From NCBI GenBank assembly GCA_016906335.1, contig JADEYG010000007.1, positions 1,426,001-1,490,000 on the forward strand: DNA of 64,000 nucleotides, written 5' to 3'. Position 1 is the first letter of the stretch. Every line of letters starts with the position of its first letter. Of this stretch, positions 1-12,252 are shown in pieces. Both the position numbers and the translations under genes were made by a program. This stretch comes from Novakomyces olei (taxonomy: Eukaryota). The notes under the pieces were generated by a model. That model saw only the letters and a program-made list of their open reading frames with translations. It made no database searches and was not told where the DNA came from.

Positions 1-1124
1 AGACGCTGACGGGTAACGTAGTCTTGATCAGGGCTTTCAGCACAAAATGTGTACTCGTCCACATAGCTTTGCAACTTTGTAATAGCTCTCAAGACAAGCA
101 CATAATCAAAATAAATGTTTTCTAATCGGTCACGGTGCCGGCCGACACGGTCCATAAAACACGCTACGTTCGGGCCCCATTGTCCCGTTGTCTGATTCAG
201 ATAATTGTGGCATAAATGTGTGGAAATGCTAGCATGCATTCCCGACAGAATGCGATAGAATACTCGCTGTTCCAGGCATACATTATCGCCCTGCAACTCC
301 TGTATCATTTCCTGTCTCTCCTGTTCCGCACGTTCTTCCTCAGAGACGCCACCCGTGAGTCTGTAATGGTCGAGCAGTACATTATGCAATTGGTGTGTCG
401 CGTCCTCCTGTGACACTACCGATTTCCTGGACGACTGCGATTCAAATTGCTGAGGGTTCTGTTGGGAAAAGCAGTTTTCCCTGTAAATAGCGTTCCACAC
501 GCGGTGAGCGTGTGGACCGGCATAACCCGTGTACCTTTCTGGATTGTCGAGTAGGGAGACGTAAACCATATTGTCCTCATCGCTCTCCTCGTCCGCCCGG
601 CAATAGTCCCGATCTTGCGGGGCTTCTATACTGTGTTTTGGATCATGACTGTCCTTGTCCAGCAAGCAAGAGTCTTGTGTACTTTGACCCAGCTGCCTTG
701 CAATAGCACGAATTCTGTCCAAAACACTTGGAGCCGCCAGAGGCTCTTTAACCTTGGGGCCTTCTATGCGTCCGAGAGTATGAGCCCGCCAGATTTCTGG
801 AACACTGGACTCGTCGAGTGTGCTAACAGCGCAAGCGCTGTTCCCACACAGAGCGTCATCGTCGCCCCAAAAGGGGCACTCGTTGCCGTAGAGATTAAGA
901 CGATAATATCGAAAGTAATCGAGATCGTGAGTGAGATCGTGCAGCCGCGGGTACAGTACGTCGTGGATGCTATCGATATCGTTGAAATTCAGAAACGTTT
1001 CCGGTACTTTACAGGCTCCTGCTCCTTGTAATGTTTGCTCGTCTTTTTCAGACTGCACATTACTGGCAATGCAGCCAGACGTTAGTAGTGCCAACAGGCT
1101 CCATATGCCGACCGGCTTCATCAT
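1..1124 (-). CDS. ERO1: ER oxidoreductin 1 (3' end runs off the window)
   Basis: Manual minus-strand translation from ATG 1124: signal peptide MMKPVGIWSLLALL, then YFRYYRLNLYGNECPFW..LCGNSACAV, YVSLLDNPERYTGY..VWNAIYRENCF, CLEQRVFYRILSGMHASISTHLC. No stop inside the window, so the ORF track missed it. Confidence 0.95.
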   Translation of the reverse strand, partial: MMKPVGIWSLLALLTSGCIASNVQSEKDEQTLQGAGACKVPETFLNFNDIDSIHDVLYPRLHDLTHDLDYFRYYRLNLYGNECPFWGDDDALCGNSACAVSTLDESSVPEIWRAHTLGRIEGPKVKEPLAAPSVLDRIRAIARQLGQSTQDSCLLDKDSHDPKHSIEAPQDRDYCRADEESDEDNMVYVSLLDNPERYTGYAGPHAHRVWNAIYRENCFSQQNPQQFESQSSRKSVVSQEDATHQLHNVLLDHYRLTGGVSEEERAEQERQEMIQELQGDNVCLEQRVFYRILSGMHASISTHLCHNYLNQTTGQWGPNVACFMDRVGRHRDRLENIYFDYVLVLRAITKLQSYVDEYTFCAESPDQDYVTRQR

Positions 1125-2082
1125 GTGAGCCTGGCACAGGTGCCTAGAAAGTTTAACTGTTACGTGTCCTCGTATTCTTGTGCTTAATTAATATCCTTCA
1201 GTACTACGTGTACACACATGCTTTACTAATCATTATATAAGAGAGGCAAGAGAAACTTTGTCGGACATAAACTTTCGTCGGACGATTATAGTTATATTTA
1301 GAAAACGATTATTTCTCGAGAACTTTGGGTTCCTCGATAACTTTGGGGGTACGGTACAAACTGTACTGTCGCCATTTAATACTATAATGTTTGGCGCTGG
1401 TTGTAGACGATGCTTGGTATTAATGTGCCATCCGCTTTATATGAACCAGTAATTTGCTCTTTGCTTCTTGCTGCTATAGTGCCCATTTCACGCCAGACAT
1501 TTTACAAACAACGGTGTATAATGAATGGAAAGTGTGCAATCAGCCTTAATCGACCAGCATGGTAGAGAGCCTTGGGCCGACGTTCACGACTGGAGTTCTT
1601 CTTCAAAGAAACTTGAAAAACCTGTGATCAGTTTAGAAAAAGAAAACAAGTTGAATACCTAAAGTGTTCGAAAAATGGAAATCGTTCAATCATTCAATCA
1701 ACCATTCATTCATTCATTCAGCCAACCATGCTCCTCAACTGAGTCCCTGCTTACTGCTATACCACGGCAATTAACCTGCGATACACTTTATGTATGGGCT
1801 CATGTGACATCGCACTTTTATACATAGAGGCGTAATTTTGTAGTACACTTTGCTTGTCAACGCATTTTCTTTTCCCTATTTCCCTATTTCCCTATTTTTC
1901 TTTTTCCTTTTTCCTAGTTTCCTATTTTCCTACTTGTACGAGATATAACGTGCGGATTGTTATTATGAGCTGTGCTGTTATCCACTAAACTCAGACGACG
2001 ACGGCTTATCAATATACACTCGACCCAATCCAAGGGTGCCAGCGTGCCATGCGTCACCTTTAACGCGTAAACAGGGGCGAGA

Positions 2083-4680
2083 ATGGCATCGCCGCAACCG
2101 CCAAAATGGTCAGATTATCTGGCCAAGGCCATGAATAATGTAGAGGCTCATCTTGATCGTGTGCTTGACAATTCAGGTAAATTGGTTCCGTCGTCTTTTT
2201 ACATACTAATGCCAAAGATGATCCTAGAGCTGCCCAGTACCGTAATGCCAATACAGCTCCCGGTGGCAGTACTGCCGAGCTATCTAAGCGTCCTGCCGCA
2301 GACTCTGCTAATAGCACTGCTGCCAATAGTACCGCTGATAGTACTGAAAAGAAGGTATCTGGGCCGGTAGATCCCCCCAGCAGTACTCGCTCTTCTATTG
2401 ATCGTTCTCGAATGTCAATGCAGGAGCGATTGGCGGCGACGGTTCAGCGGAGTATGGCTTCAACACCGAGACCACAGAGTCCTGCCGCCAGTTTACCGGA
2501 GACTGACTCTCAAACGGAACGTCAAACTCCTGCACCAAATGACCAGGACAATTGCGCTGAAGGGGAGGCGGAGAGTAAAGAGGAGCCGTCTGTGGGGAAA
2601 GTGGATGAAGCGCCGTCGGCAATAAACCCCGAACCTACGGTAGCGTCAGCATTGACGCAGCAGGCTGAATCAGAAAACCAAAACATTGTTGAAGTGAAAC
2701 CTCAGCCGGCTCAAGATGAGCGCGTCTCCCCGTCTCGTGACGCTTTGATCGCGGAAAAGGACAGACAGCTGAAGCAATTGTTAGAGGAAGGAGAAGCATT
2801 GTCTAAAAAGGAGCTCAAACTAAATAATGCCATTAAAAGTATGCGTAAACGCATAAACGAATTGGAAAAGGAGCTTGGCGACACGCAAAAGGCATCAGAC
2901 AGGCATCAGCGTGAACGTGGCGAACTCTTAAACAAAGTACGACAACTTCAGCAGACAGAAAAACGGCAAACGGAAAGAATTAAGGCTTTGGTTTACCATG
3001 AAACGGAGGCAAAACAGCTTCGACGGGAGGCTCAAGATTCAGTAGAAACAATTAAAGGGTTGCAAGGCCAGATTATTAAATTTTCTAGTCGCGCTTCTAC
3101 CTTGGAGTCTGTGGAGAAAGACTTGTCCGAGTTACGTATAGAGTATGAGCGTGTAAAAGGCAAGCACATGGATTTATTACGACAGTATCACGAGGAGAAA
3201 AATGCCCTATCTGCAAATTTGAACCAGGCGTTACTGGACCGTGAGAGTACGGTGTCGCGACTGCAGTCAGAGATCAGTTTGCTTCAGTCTAATGTGGAAT
3301 TCTACAGAACAAAAGCAGAGGAAGCGAGGGGCACGCAGTCAGAGACACAAATAAATCGACTTTTGCATCAAATAGAAGCCCTTCATTTTCAGCACTCTGA
3401 AGCAAATAAGAATTGGCTGCAACTAGAAAACTCTCTCAGCCAAAAAAACAGTGCACTTGACTCACAAGCGCGTGAGCTTAAGGAGCAACTTCATTCTCTT
3501 AAATTGACACAAAAGCAAAGTGTAAGCACGATGACACAGACTTACAAGGCTTTTATTTTATTTTTATTGATTTTTTCTAAATCTTTCAATCCAGCGAATT
3601 ATTTTTTTGATTAATAATACAGCTTTTTGAGTTCTATTATAGCACATAATCCTGCTTATCATTTGCACGGGCTAACAAACAAAGGTTTCTAAGGCAAAAT
3701 TGCTTAAAGAAGAGCTTGAGGATGCACGCCAGGAGACACAAAAAGCCACTACGGCTCTCGAGGAAATGAGTATCAAGCTTAAAACTGAGAGCGCTTTACG
3801 CTCTCAGTTTGAAAACAAGTTAGCCGCTGAGCGTGAAAATTACTTGACTCAAATTTCCACTCTTGAAGAAAAGCTTCGTGAAGCAAACTTGGAGAATGAA
3901 CGTCTCTCCGCCCGAGGCAGTATAAGTGCAACAGCCTTAGCGGCCTCACGATCTCCTCCTGTACCAGACGAGCCCTTTTCACCTGTTTATTTAACCACTT
4001 CACGCAATCAATCTCTTGAGAATATTCGCCAGAGTCCGGCTTTTGCTCAGGGAAGATCCACCCCTTTCCGCTCAATGTCCTGGCGATCTCAGTTTTCAAT
4101 GCCCATGTCTAATCCTCTGACTGACTTTGGCTCAAGACGGTCGTCGTCGTTTGTGCCGGAGGACGATATGGTAACAGACGTGGACGAGGAGACTTCCAAT
4201 GGCCAGGGCACAGGAGGGTTAGGCCTCAACAGCGGCGGAACGCTTGCTGCTGGTCCAATGTCGCCAGGAATCTCGGCTGCCTCCTTTAATCGTCACGAGG
4301 ATACAGCTAGTTTGGCAACTACGACTGGGCCGTCGATAAATATAGGTATGATCGAGAAACTATCGGCTGTAGTACGAAGGCTGGAAGCAGAAGCAGCAGT
4401 TTTGCGCGACGAGGTTTCACGGATTACTGCGCAAAAACAGGAAGCACAACAGGAGTGTGCTTCGCTGTTGAGCCAGTTGGATTCAACACGGAATATTCAG
4501 AGTGACTTGGATCTGAGCCGGGCTCAACAGCTCGAGCTGCAGGAAAGGTACAATACCACGCTTGACTTATTGGGGGAGCGCAGTGAATTGGTGGGCGAAC
4601 TGAAACAGGATATTGCGGATATGAAGGAGCTTTATTCGGCTCAAATAGACGACCTTGTTACCAGACTGAATAAAAAGTAG
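2083..4680 (+). CDS. SGM1: TMF/Sgm1-family golgin coiled-coil protein, 3 exons
   Basis: Introns 2177-2217 and 3522-3684 (GT..CTAAY..AAG) join the ORFs in frame. Contains QLLEEGEALSKKEL and the C-terminal TMF motif ERYNTTLDLLGERSELVGELKQDIADMKELY. Confidence 0.85.
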
Positions 4681-5154
4681 ACGAACAAAGGGGATACGTA
4701 CCGTTTCAACTCTTGCGATTCAGATTTGGCCTATTGATATCGAAGAGCACAAGAAAAAGTGCCTACCTTTCGATAAATCGGCCGTATAAAGCATGAAATA
4801 CATCACAGTCAAGATGAGGGTAGAAGCTTACACGTTGGATTGAACAGTGAAAATTATAGAATTTAGTATTAATGATTCACACTTTGAAAAGCTCAACTTG
4901 GGTATACAATTGACACATATGTCCAAATTTGTAGTGCCGGCCTACATAAAACCAAACCAAACTAAATCATATTGAATTAAACTAAATTGTATTAAAATAA
5001 ATTGAATCAAAATCGAGATTTCAATAACAATTCGTTCCTTTACCTGTTCTTTTTTTCTCTCTTGTTTTATTATTATTATTAATTTTTAAATTTAAATCTC
5101 CTCCATCTTTTTATTAGTCTCCTCCTATGTCTTTACTGATTCATCCAATCAAGC

Positions 5155-6093
5155 TCAGTCTTCCTCGCGTCCGCGTTCAATATACTCCCGTACCTTTACG
5201 TCTGGACACAACTGGATCGCCGTCAATCCATCTCGATCTTGCCTAGTAGCGTCTGCGCCTGCTCTTAAAAGCAAAAGTGCCACTTCACCATGACCCTCAG
5301 CACATGCATGATGGAGAGGAGTCCAGCCGCCAACGTCAGAAGCGTTAAGCGGCGAAGTTTTCAAGAGAACTTTGACTATGTCAGTCGCGCCACGGGCAGC
5401 AGCTCGATGCAGAGCCATCTGCATCTGCTTATCACGGACACGTACAAGTGTTGGCGCGTACTCCAAGAGCAATTCTACTGCCTCTACGCTACCTTTGCTC
5501 GCGGCCAAGTGCAAGCTCGTTACCCCGGAGCTACTGGCGACAGTGACGTCAGTACTGGCAGCCAGCCGCCGTATAATATCCAGACTAGTGTTGGAACTGA
5601 CGGCGATCATAAGCGGAGTCCACTGTGTGCTGTCTCGAGCATTGGCACCGGCGGGGTTCGCCGACAGCAGTGCGTCTACCAATGTTATATCCGTCCCCGC
5701 ACTGGCCCAGTGTAATGGCACACGACCATCCTAATGTTAGACAAGTCTAGAGGGATACTCTCCAAAGCAGGCCAGGGTAGAAGGACACATGCTCCTTCAC
5801 CATATGCACCAATCAAATAATTAGTTAATCCAGCCCGTTCACTGGCCCAAAAAGCGGACTTTTAGAACTAGTCTGCGGAAGTGTTTGAACAAAAAGTTAA
5901 ACAATGGCCGTGTGTAAAGAGTGAGGGCCAACCAAACCACATTGCTCTCAGCCATTGGGCCTTTGCATTGAACGATAAAAGCAAGATGAGAAAAACTTAC
6001 CTCGTCTACTTGTTTTGCTGCATCTGTGTTTTGGCGCAGAAGAGCAAGCGCCAACCGCGAGTCTCCCTCTCGACAAGCCTCCAGCAGCGTCAT
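5155..6093 (-). CDS. NAS6: Ankyrin-repeat proteasome assembly chaperone (gankyrin-like), 2 exons
   Basis: Exon 6093-6001, intron 6000-5731 (GTAAGT..CTAAC..TAG), then ankyrin repeats DGRVPLHWA, WTPLMIA, GVTSLHLAASKG, LHRAAARG, GWTPLHHACAEGH. Confidence 0.8.
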
Positions 6094-6686
6094 GCACTTG
6101 CTCGCGAGTGGACGTGTGCTCGTAGCGTGGCACTATTGTATGCTGCTTATGTAGCTTATTGTATGTAGCTTTTGTAGCTTGTTGTATGTAACTTATTGTA
6201 TGTAGCTTATGTATCATCCAAAATACGGTTTTCTAATGAGCGCTATTGAGCGCCACCGTACTTTCATATTAAAGTTTACCCCATATATTCACGTGTCAAG
6301 TAATGTGCAATTAGTGTACCAACGAGGGTCTACCAATGGTTGTTGTGACATAATATTATCGGACTATATTGCCTACTTTCAAACACAAACCATACATAGC
6401 CATCCACGTATAACACATAAACCACGAACGCCCGTACATTAATTAGTAAGCCAAAGTACCAAATATACGGATCCACGCCAAGTAACCCAGCGTTATCCTA
6501 TAGAATTGCTCCGAATAGAAAGTTACAATGACGATACATATGACAGCGCTCGGGCCTCGTATCGGGAACTGGTGAGATTGTCAATCTATTGGGTGAGCCA
6601 CCGGTCTGTGGGGAACGTAGACCCAAGTTTGCCGCAAAGAGCAGAGGTCCTATTTGTGTAAAAAAAGCGTTAAAGTGGAGACAAAC

Positions 6687-7652
6687 ATGAGCAACGCCAA
6701 CGGTGTGGACTCGACACATGAACCGTTGCTGCCACCGGCCGAGGACCCCACTTCTAACGGCGCCCCGAATTCTGTGGCGCAGAATATAGAGCAGGACGCA
6801 CATATTAGTGTGCTATCGGGCACAGCACCACTGGGGCAGTTTGGTGTCTTGTTTGCCGTGGCAATGGTAAGGTTATTGTGCCGATCGGGACTGACGAGAA
6901 AGATATGGGTGCTCGTACTACGGCAGCCTTGGTCGCTGTTTACCACGCATCCGGTAAGACTCCTTGAGCCTTTTATTGTTTTAATACGAGCTTGGCGAGA
7001 ACGTGGTTGTATAGTAGGCTCTTGCAGAGACGCTATTCATTGCGCTAGAGACTGCGATCCTGGGCAATTGCTTCTATCATACAATTTTCCTGTGGAGTAC
7101 TGACGAAAAGATTGCAAACAGTACCGCCGTTCTTTTGGCCTATAATTCTATCGTCTTACTGCAGCCCACTCGCACGCCTGCGCAAAAGGTTAAAGGCGCC
7201 ATTGTGCATGGCGTACTGAACGGGGCTGCATTGCTGTTGGTCGTAACGGCAGCCACTGCGATTATCGTGAATAAAAGCCTTCACAATGGTGCGTACACTA
7301 ACAACAAGTGTGGATTCTAACCTTGCCAGCTGCGCACTTTACCACCTGGCATGGCCGGGCTGGTCTTACAACGTTTATATTGCTTGCTCTGCAAACAACG
7401 TTCGGTGTCCTTATATTTTACACGCCGCAAGCTCTGGGCTCACAGCAGCGTGCAAAGCAGCTGTACAAGTACCACCGGGCCACGGGCTACGCTGTCGTAG
7501 TGCTTTTGCTAGTCACAGCTTTGCTCGGTACTCAGTCTACTTGGATGCTCGGCCAAATCGATACCCTTTGGCCTTGGCTCCTGTCGTTGGGATTCGCGCT
7601 CCTTGTCCTACTTTCACGTGTACGTCTTTTCAAATTGGGTATTCGTATGTGA
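6687..7652 (+). CDS. Cytochrome b561/DOMON-type heme membrane protein, 4 exons
   Basis: Introns 6867-6902, 6954-7110 and 7289-7329. Spliced product has TM segments with heme-ligand His motifs FTTHP, VHGVLN, HFTTWHG, YKYHRATGY. Confidence 0.8.
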
Positions 7653-8413
7653 GCGTGCACATGACAAGATTAATGCAAAAGTCTGTGCCTCGTTGGAGTG
7701 GCAAACATGGAAAACAGGCTCAAGCACAGATAGGCTCATATTTTCCAAATGTCGCAACTGGTTATTACCATTTAATATTTGAAACGGAGATATGTCGCGA
7801 GGTTATATTTCAATAATAATAAATAATAATGATAAGAATAAGAATAATAATGAGAAGAATAATAATAAATATAAAAAGAATAATAATAATCAATAATACA
7901 TGAAAACAATTGGATGCTGAGAAGTAATAAACGGTAAACTGGCCGGCTTGAGCGATTACGTAATAATCTCGGAATTCAAATTAAGTAATGTCTCTGTAAC
8001 ATGAAACGAGCAACAAGGCGATTCGAAATCGAATAATGATTCGAAATAGAATAAGATTTTCCGATATTACATAGTCACTGTCCGATTTGTAACTTGCGTA
8101 TTCTTTACGGAAACCTTTATTTTTTCTTTTGACCCCTTTGTTCCATCATCCTACCTTTACAATATTATTCTAAACTACACAGACATCGTCTGATATTTAA
8201 TAATAAAAAATAATAACAAAAAAAAAATAATAATAATAAATAAATAGTAATAAAAAAAAATAATAAATAATAATAAATAAATAAATAAAAACAACATACC
8301 GGGCAACCAATTACATGATGATATAATAATCGAATCTCGTTCTTTTATCCGGGTCCCCCGAGAGATCGACGAGACTACAAGTTTTCACCATCACCTCCTG
8401 ATCCACGGCCCTA

Positions 8414-9529
8414 ATGGCGTGGATCAGAAGCTCAGCGGCTTCAAGGTCGACTCCGCCCAGCAGTGCGGGTTCGTTTGGAGGAGGAGGAGCGCATGATTTG
8501 AGCAGCTCATTATCGCCTCGGCCGCGGCTCGATATTGACGGGGATAGCGATAGTGAGAGCGATACTGACGGCGGAGTAGAGAGAAAAGAAGGGGGATTGG
8601 GTATAATTTTGTCCAGCTCGGCTCTCCCTCTGTCTGCCTCTGACAGCAGTATACGCGGCGGTCAGATCTCCGACAGTGTTATCGGAGGCAGTGACTGGGA
8701 TCAGCTGATCGAGTCTGAAGATCCGTCAGACGCAGACGAGATGAGAGACAGTTTCAGCCGGAAAGACGAGACTCCGGGCGCCTTCAAGACTTTGCAGCTT
8801 TCTGGCGTCTCACGGGCAATGGATACGGATACAATTCGATCTGTTTTTGCTCATAATATGAACGTTCGCTGGGTCACAGAGACCCGCGCCCTGCTTGATT
8901 TTTCAAACGAGAACGAGGGTAAGGTTTGACCGCGTGAAAGGTCTAGTGCCCTATTGAACGGGGGTTTAATTTCGATTCTGCTGCCTTTGAATTTTTGCTT
9001 TTTTTTTTGGGCCAGTTTTGTGTAAAACAGGCTATGCGTTTCTACCCATTTGTTTATTTTGTCTCTTTGGATTTTTCAAAAAGTGTACGTTTGGCCGTAC
9101 TCTATTATTATCGACTGCCTTGATTACTGTTTTGTCTCCAATTTAATCTGTTGTAATTGCGTTTCTGACTCTATTCTAGCACTGGAAGCGTACTTTTCGT
9201 ACTTGTCATCTTCACATAGTATCGGCACTTTATCGCCTTATGGAGAAGATGACGAGCGGCAGCGCAAGGATGTAAAGGAGTCCGATTCCCACCAAAAAAC
9301 TTCGAGTATATCCAAAATAAATAGCGCAATGGCAAAACTGCATACTCCCTCTCCCACGGGCTCTGATGCGGGGTCGCTTTCGTCACCCGTGGATTTGGGT
9401 AATGCGAAACGCGTTAAACCGCCTTCAGTAGCTAAACGGCTTATTGCGGGCGCTTTAGGGGTAAAAGTGCCCCGTGCTAAATCCGACCCGACACCCATTA
9501 CGACTATGGGCAAACGAACCAAAGGCTGA
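8414..9529 (+). CDS. RRM-like protein resembling the R3HCC1/R3HCC1L family, 2 exons
   Basis: Intron 8919-9179. RRM-like LQLSGV..VRWVTETRALLDFSNENEALEAY and C-terminal SVAKRLIAGALGVK motif, family recalled from memory. Confidence 0.55.
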
Positions 9530-9927
9530 ACTTGCTTGTGACGAGTTCGATTGTATATACTTTACTCACTGTTGCATATGGCTTTTGCTTGAATCATCGG
9601 AAATGGCTTAAACAAAAGGCCTTTTTGCCAAAATCTCTTTGGCTGTTTATACTATAATTCGCACCGTTACAAGCAGAGCATCACCCAAAAATTTAGAACG
9701 ATACAAAGTACACATACATCACACGGTATTGTGTTTTTGTGCTGAATGCATTCATTTTTCAAGTCCTTTCAAGGCGTTATTGGATCATGTTTAACTTTAA
9801 TTGATTTATCTAGTTAATGCAATTTACTCATTTCATTATTATGATACGAGGGCAATTTTCAAGGGCATATTTGAGCGATTAAATCAAATTTGCTATCAAT
9901 ATTAACACGCCTCTCCCATAAATCATA

Positions 9928-11860
9928 CTATACATCGTTGCTGGGATAGAGAACTGTATCCTGGTACCCAAAATTCTCCTTGATCGATCGCGGCGAGACG
10001 AACCGGCTCAGCAGCATAGCGCTACCGGCCTTATCATTAGTACCGCTAGAACGAGCACCTCCGAACGGCTGTTCTCCCACTACTGCTCCTGTGCATTTGT
10101 CGTTGATGTAAAAATTACCCGCTGTATTTCTCAATTTTGCAGATAAAGTGTCAATTTCTGCTCGATCCTGCGAAAAAATCGCGCCAGTAAGCCCGTAAAC
10201 AGTCGTTTCATCAATCATAGAAACGATGCGATCTTGCTCAGCGTCCGGATACACATAAACTGCCACAAAAGGTCCAAAATATTCGTTGCAAAAGATCTCG
10301 TGCTCAGGATTTTGGCTCTCGACAACAGTCGGCCAAACGTAGTAGCCTTGAGTGTCGTCGTACTTGCCTCCAACGAGCACATCAAGCTCCGGATCAGAGT
10401 GAGATTTGTCAATCACCTCAGAGAGACGTGCAAAGGCCGGCTTGTGAATAACTGGCCCCAAGAAATTTTCCGGTTCTTCAGGAGACCCCACACGAAGTGC
10501 CGCCACTTCCTTCACAAACTCTGTCTTGAACCCGTTTTCCCACGTGGAGCGTGCTACGTACAGCCTCGACATGGCTGAGCATTTTTGGCCCTGGTACTCA
10601 AAGGCAGCTCGTACACTATTTACAACTGCCGTACGAACGTGGGCATTTGCCGTCACCAGATGGTAGTTTTTGCCACCAGTTTCGCCCACAAGCTTGGGGT
10701 AGCCCCTATACCCGCCTTGCGGAGGGGTTAGGGTTAAGTTATCAGAAATCTGTTTGCTCAACGACTTGAAAACGGCAGTACTTCCGGTAAAGTGCAATGC
10801 AGCAAAGTCAAAATGAGAAAGGGCAGCATGTGAGACTGTTTGCGCATCGCCTGGAACAAACTGAATAACTTCAGAGGGGACGCCAGCCTCAATCAGGGTT
10901 CGTCTGACTATCCAATTGCTTAAAACTGCACTAGGGCTTGGCTTCATGAGCACTACATTGCCCATCAGAGCGGGTGCCGCCACCAGATTTCCAGCAATAG
11001 CAGTAAAATTAAACGGGGCCACTGCGTACACAAAGCCCTCCAGAGGCCTGTACTCTGTGCGGTTCCATACACCAGCAGCATTTTCTGGTGGCTGTGTTCC
11101 ATACAACTGCTCCGCGTACCATACATTGAACCGAAGAAAATCAACAAGCTCTGCTCCAGCATCGATCTCTGCTTGCCATACAGTTTTGCCCTGTCCGAGT
11201 ATAGTGGCCGCCATCAGCTCATAGCGGTACCGCGTGCTCAGCAAATGAGCTGCTTTTAGGAAAATTGCCGCTCTTTCTGAAAAGGCAAAGGATTCCCATC
11301 TGGATTTTGCTCGCAATGCACTGCTGATTGCTTCTTCTACCTGCGAGGCAGAAGCCATTTCATACTCAGCGACCACCCGCGAATGGCTTTGCGGCGAGTA
11401 CTGCCGGCCGATTTCTTTGCCTTTAACCTGCGATTGTTTAGTAAGGGAGATGGTGGAATTAGTCAATGAGCCCGTTCATTTGGGGAGTAGAATTAACGGG
11501 CTAAAGTAGATGAAAAGGCGTCTTGTTTCCTCCAGTTTCCTTTACGGAGCACAGAAAGTAGAGTAGAATACAAGCATTGATCAGAAAAATATTAAATTAA
11601 AAAATAATTTAAAAATAAAAAAATAATGAAACCAAAAAATAAAAAAAATTAATTAATTAATTAATCAACAAAAAGAAAGAAAGAAAAGGATAGTTATGTA
11701 CCTCCTTGCCATCAATCACCAACGGCACATGAACAGGCAATTGCGACTTGAGACCCGAAACTGCAGCAAAAAGACTAGCGCGTTCAGCTGTGCGCGGTGC
11801 ATAGTGCCGTAATGGCTCATTCGTAATTTTTGGAATTGCAAAGCGGGCTAACGAGGCCAT
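9928..11860 (-). CDS. PUT2: Delta-1-pyrroline-5-carboxylate dehydrogenase, 2 exons
   Basis: Exon 1 11860-11702, intron 11701-11428. ALDH4 motifs GETGGKNYH, AFEYQGQKCSA, NDKCTGAVVGEQPFGGARSSGTNDKAG. Confidence 0.97.
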
Positions 11861-11922
11861 TTTGATTTGCAAATCATGCAATGGGAGCAGAGCTTTATTT
11901 ATCTGTGCGGACGGGAGACGCA

Positions 11923-11938
11923 CGGGTACAGTTTCCCG
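11923..11938. promoter_or_regulatory. Put3-type CGG-N10-CCG site upstream of PUT2
   Basis: CGG GTACAGTTTC CCG, 63 bp upstream of the PUT2 ATG; matches the S. cerevisiae Put3 spacing. Confidence 0.6.
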
Positions 11939-12252
11939 ACCGAATTTTATCGCATAATTAATCCATACGAATATATTGGGTATAGGGGCACGGGGCCCGT
12001 GTGTCAAGTTTTAAGTAAGCAATATTTAGATAAGCATATACAATAAAATGGGCGGGCCATGTTCTTTCACGGGTCATAGATTTGATCAGAGAAGTGGCGA
12101 GCTCTAGCGAGAATTTTAAATATACCATGCAGAAACCATGTCCTTCGTTTACACGATTCGTATTCGGTGTATGTCTTCAACAAGTGAACGCAAATAAAAT
12201 TACAGTTATAAACCCATTACTATCTAAACGCTTGTTCCCAACGTTTTGCTCT

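Noticed and set aside
216..1128. Plus-strand ORFs in the ORF track
   Set aside because: They are antisense shadows of ERO1.
8315..8401. ATGATGA...CTGA C/D snoRNA-like pair (similar pair at 34195-34311)
   Set aside because: No terminal stem and no convincing rRNA guide adjacent to the D box; the first is simply the leader of the 8414 gene.
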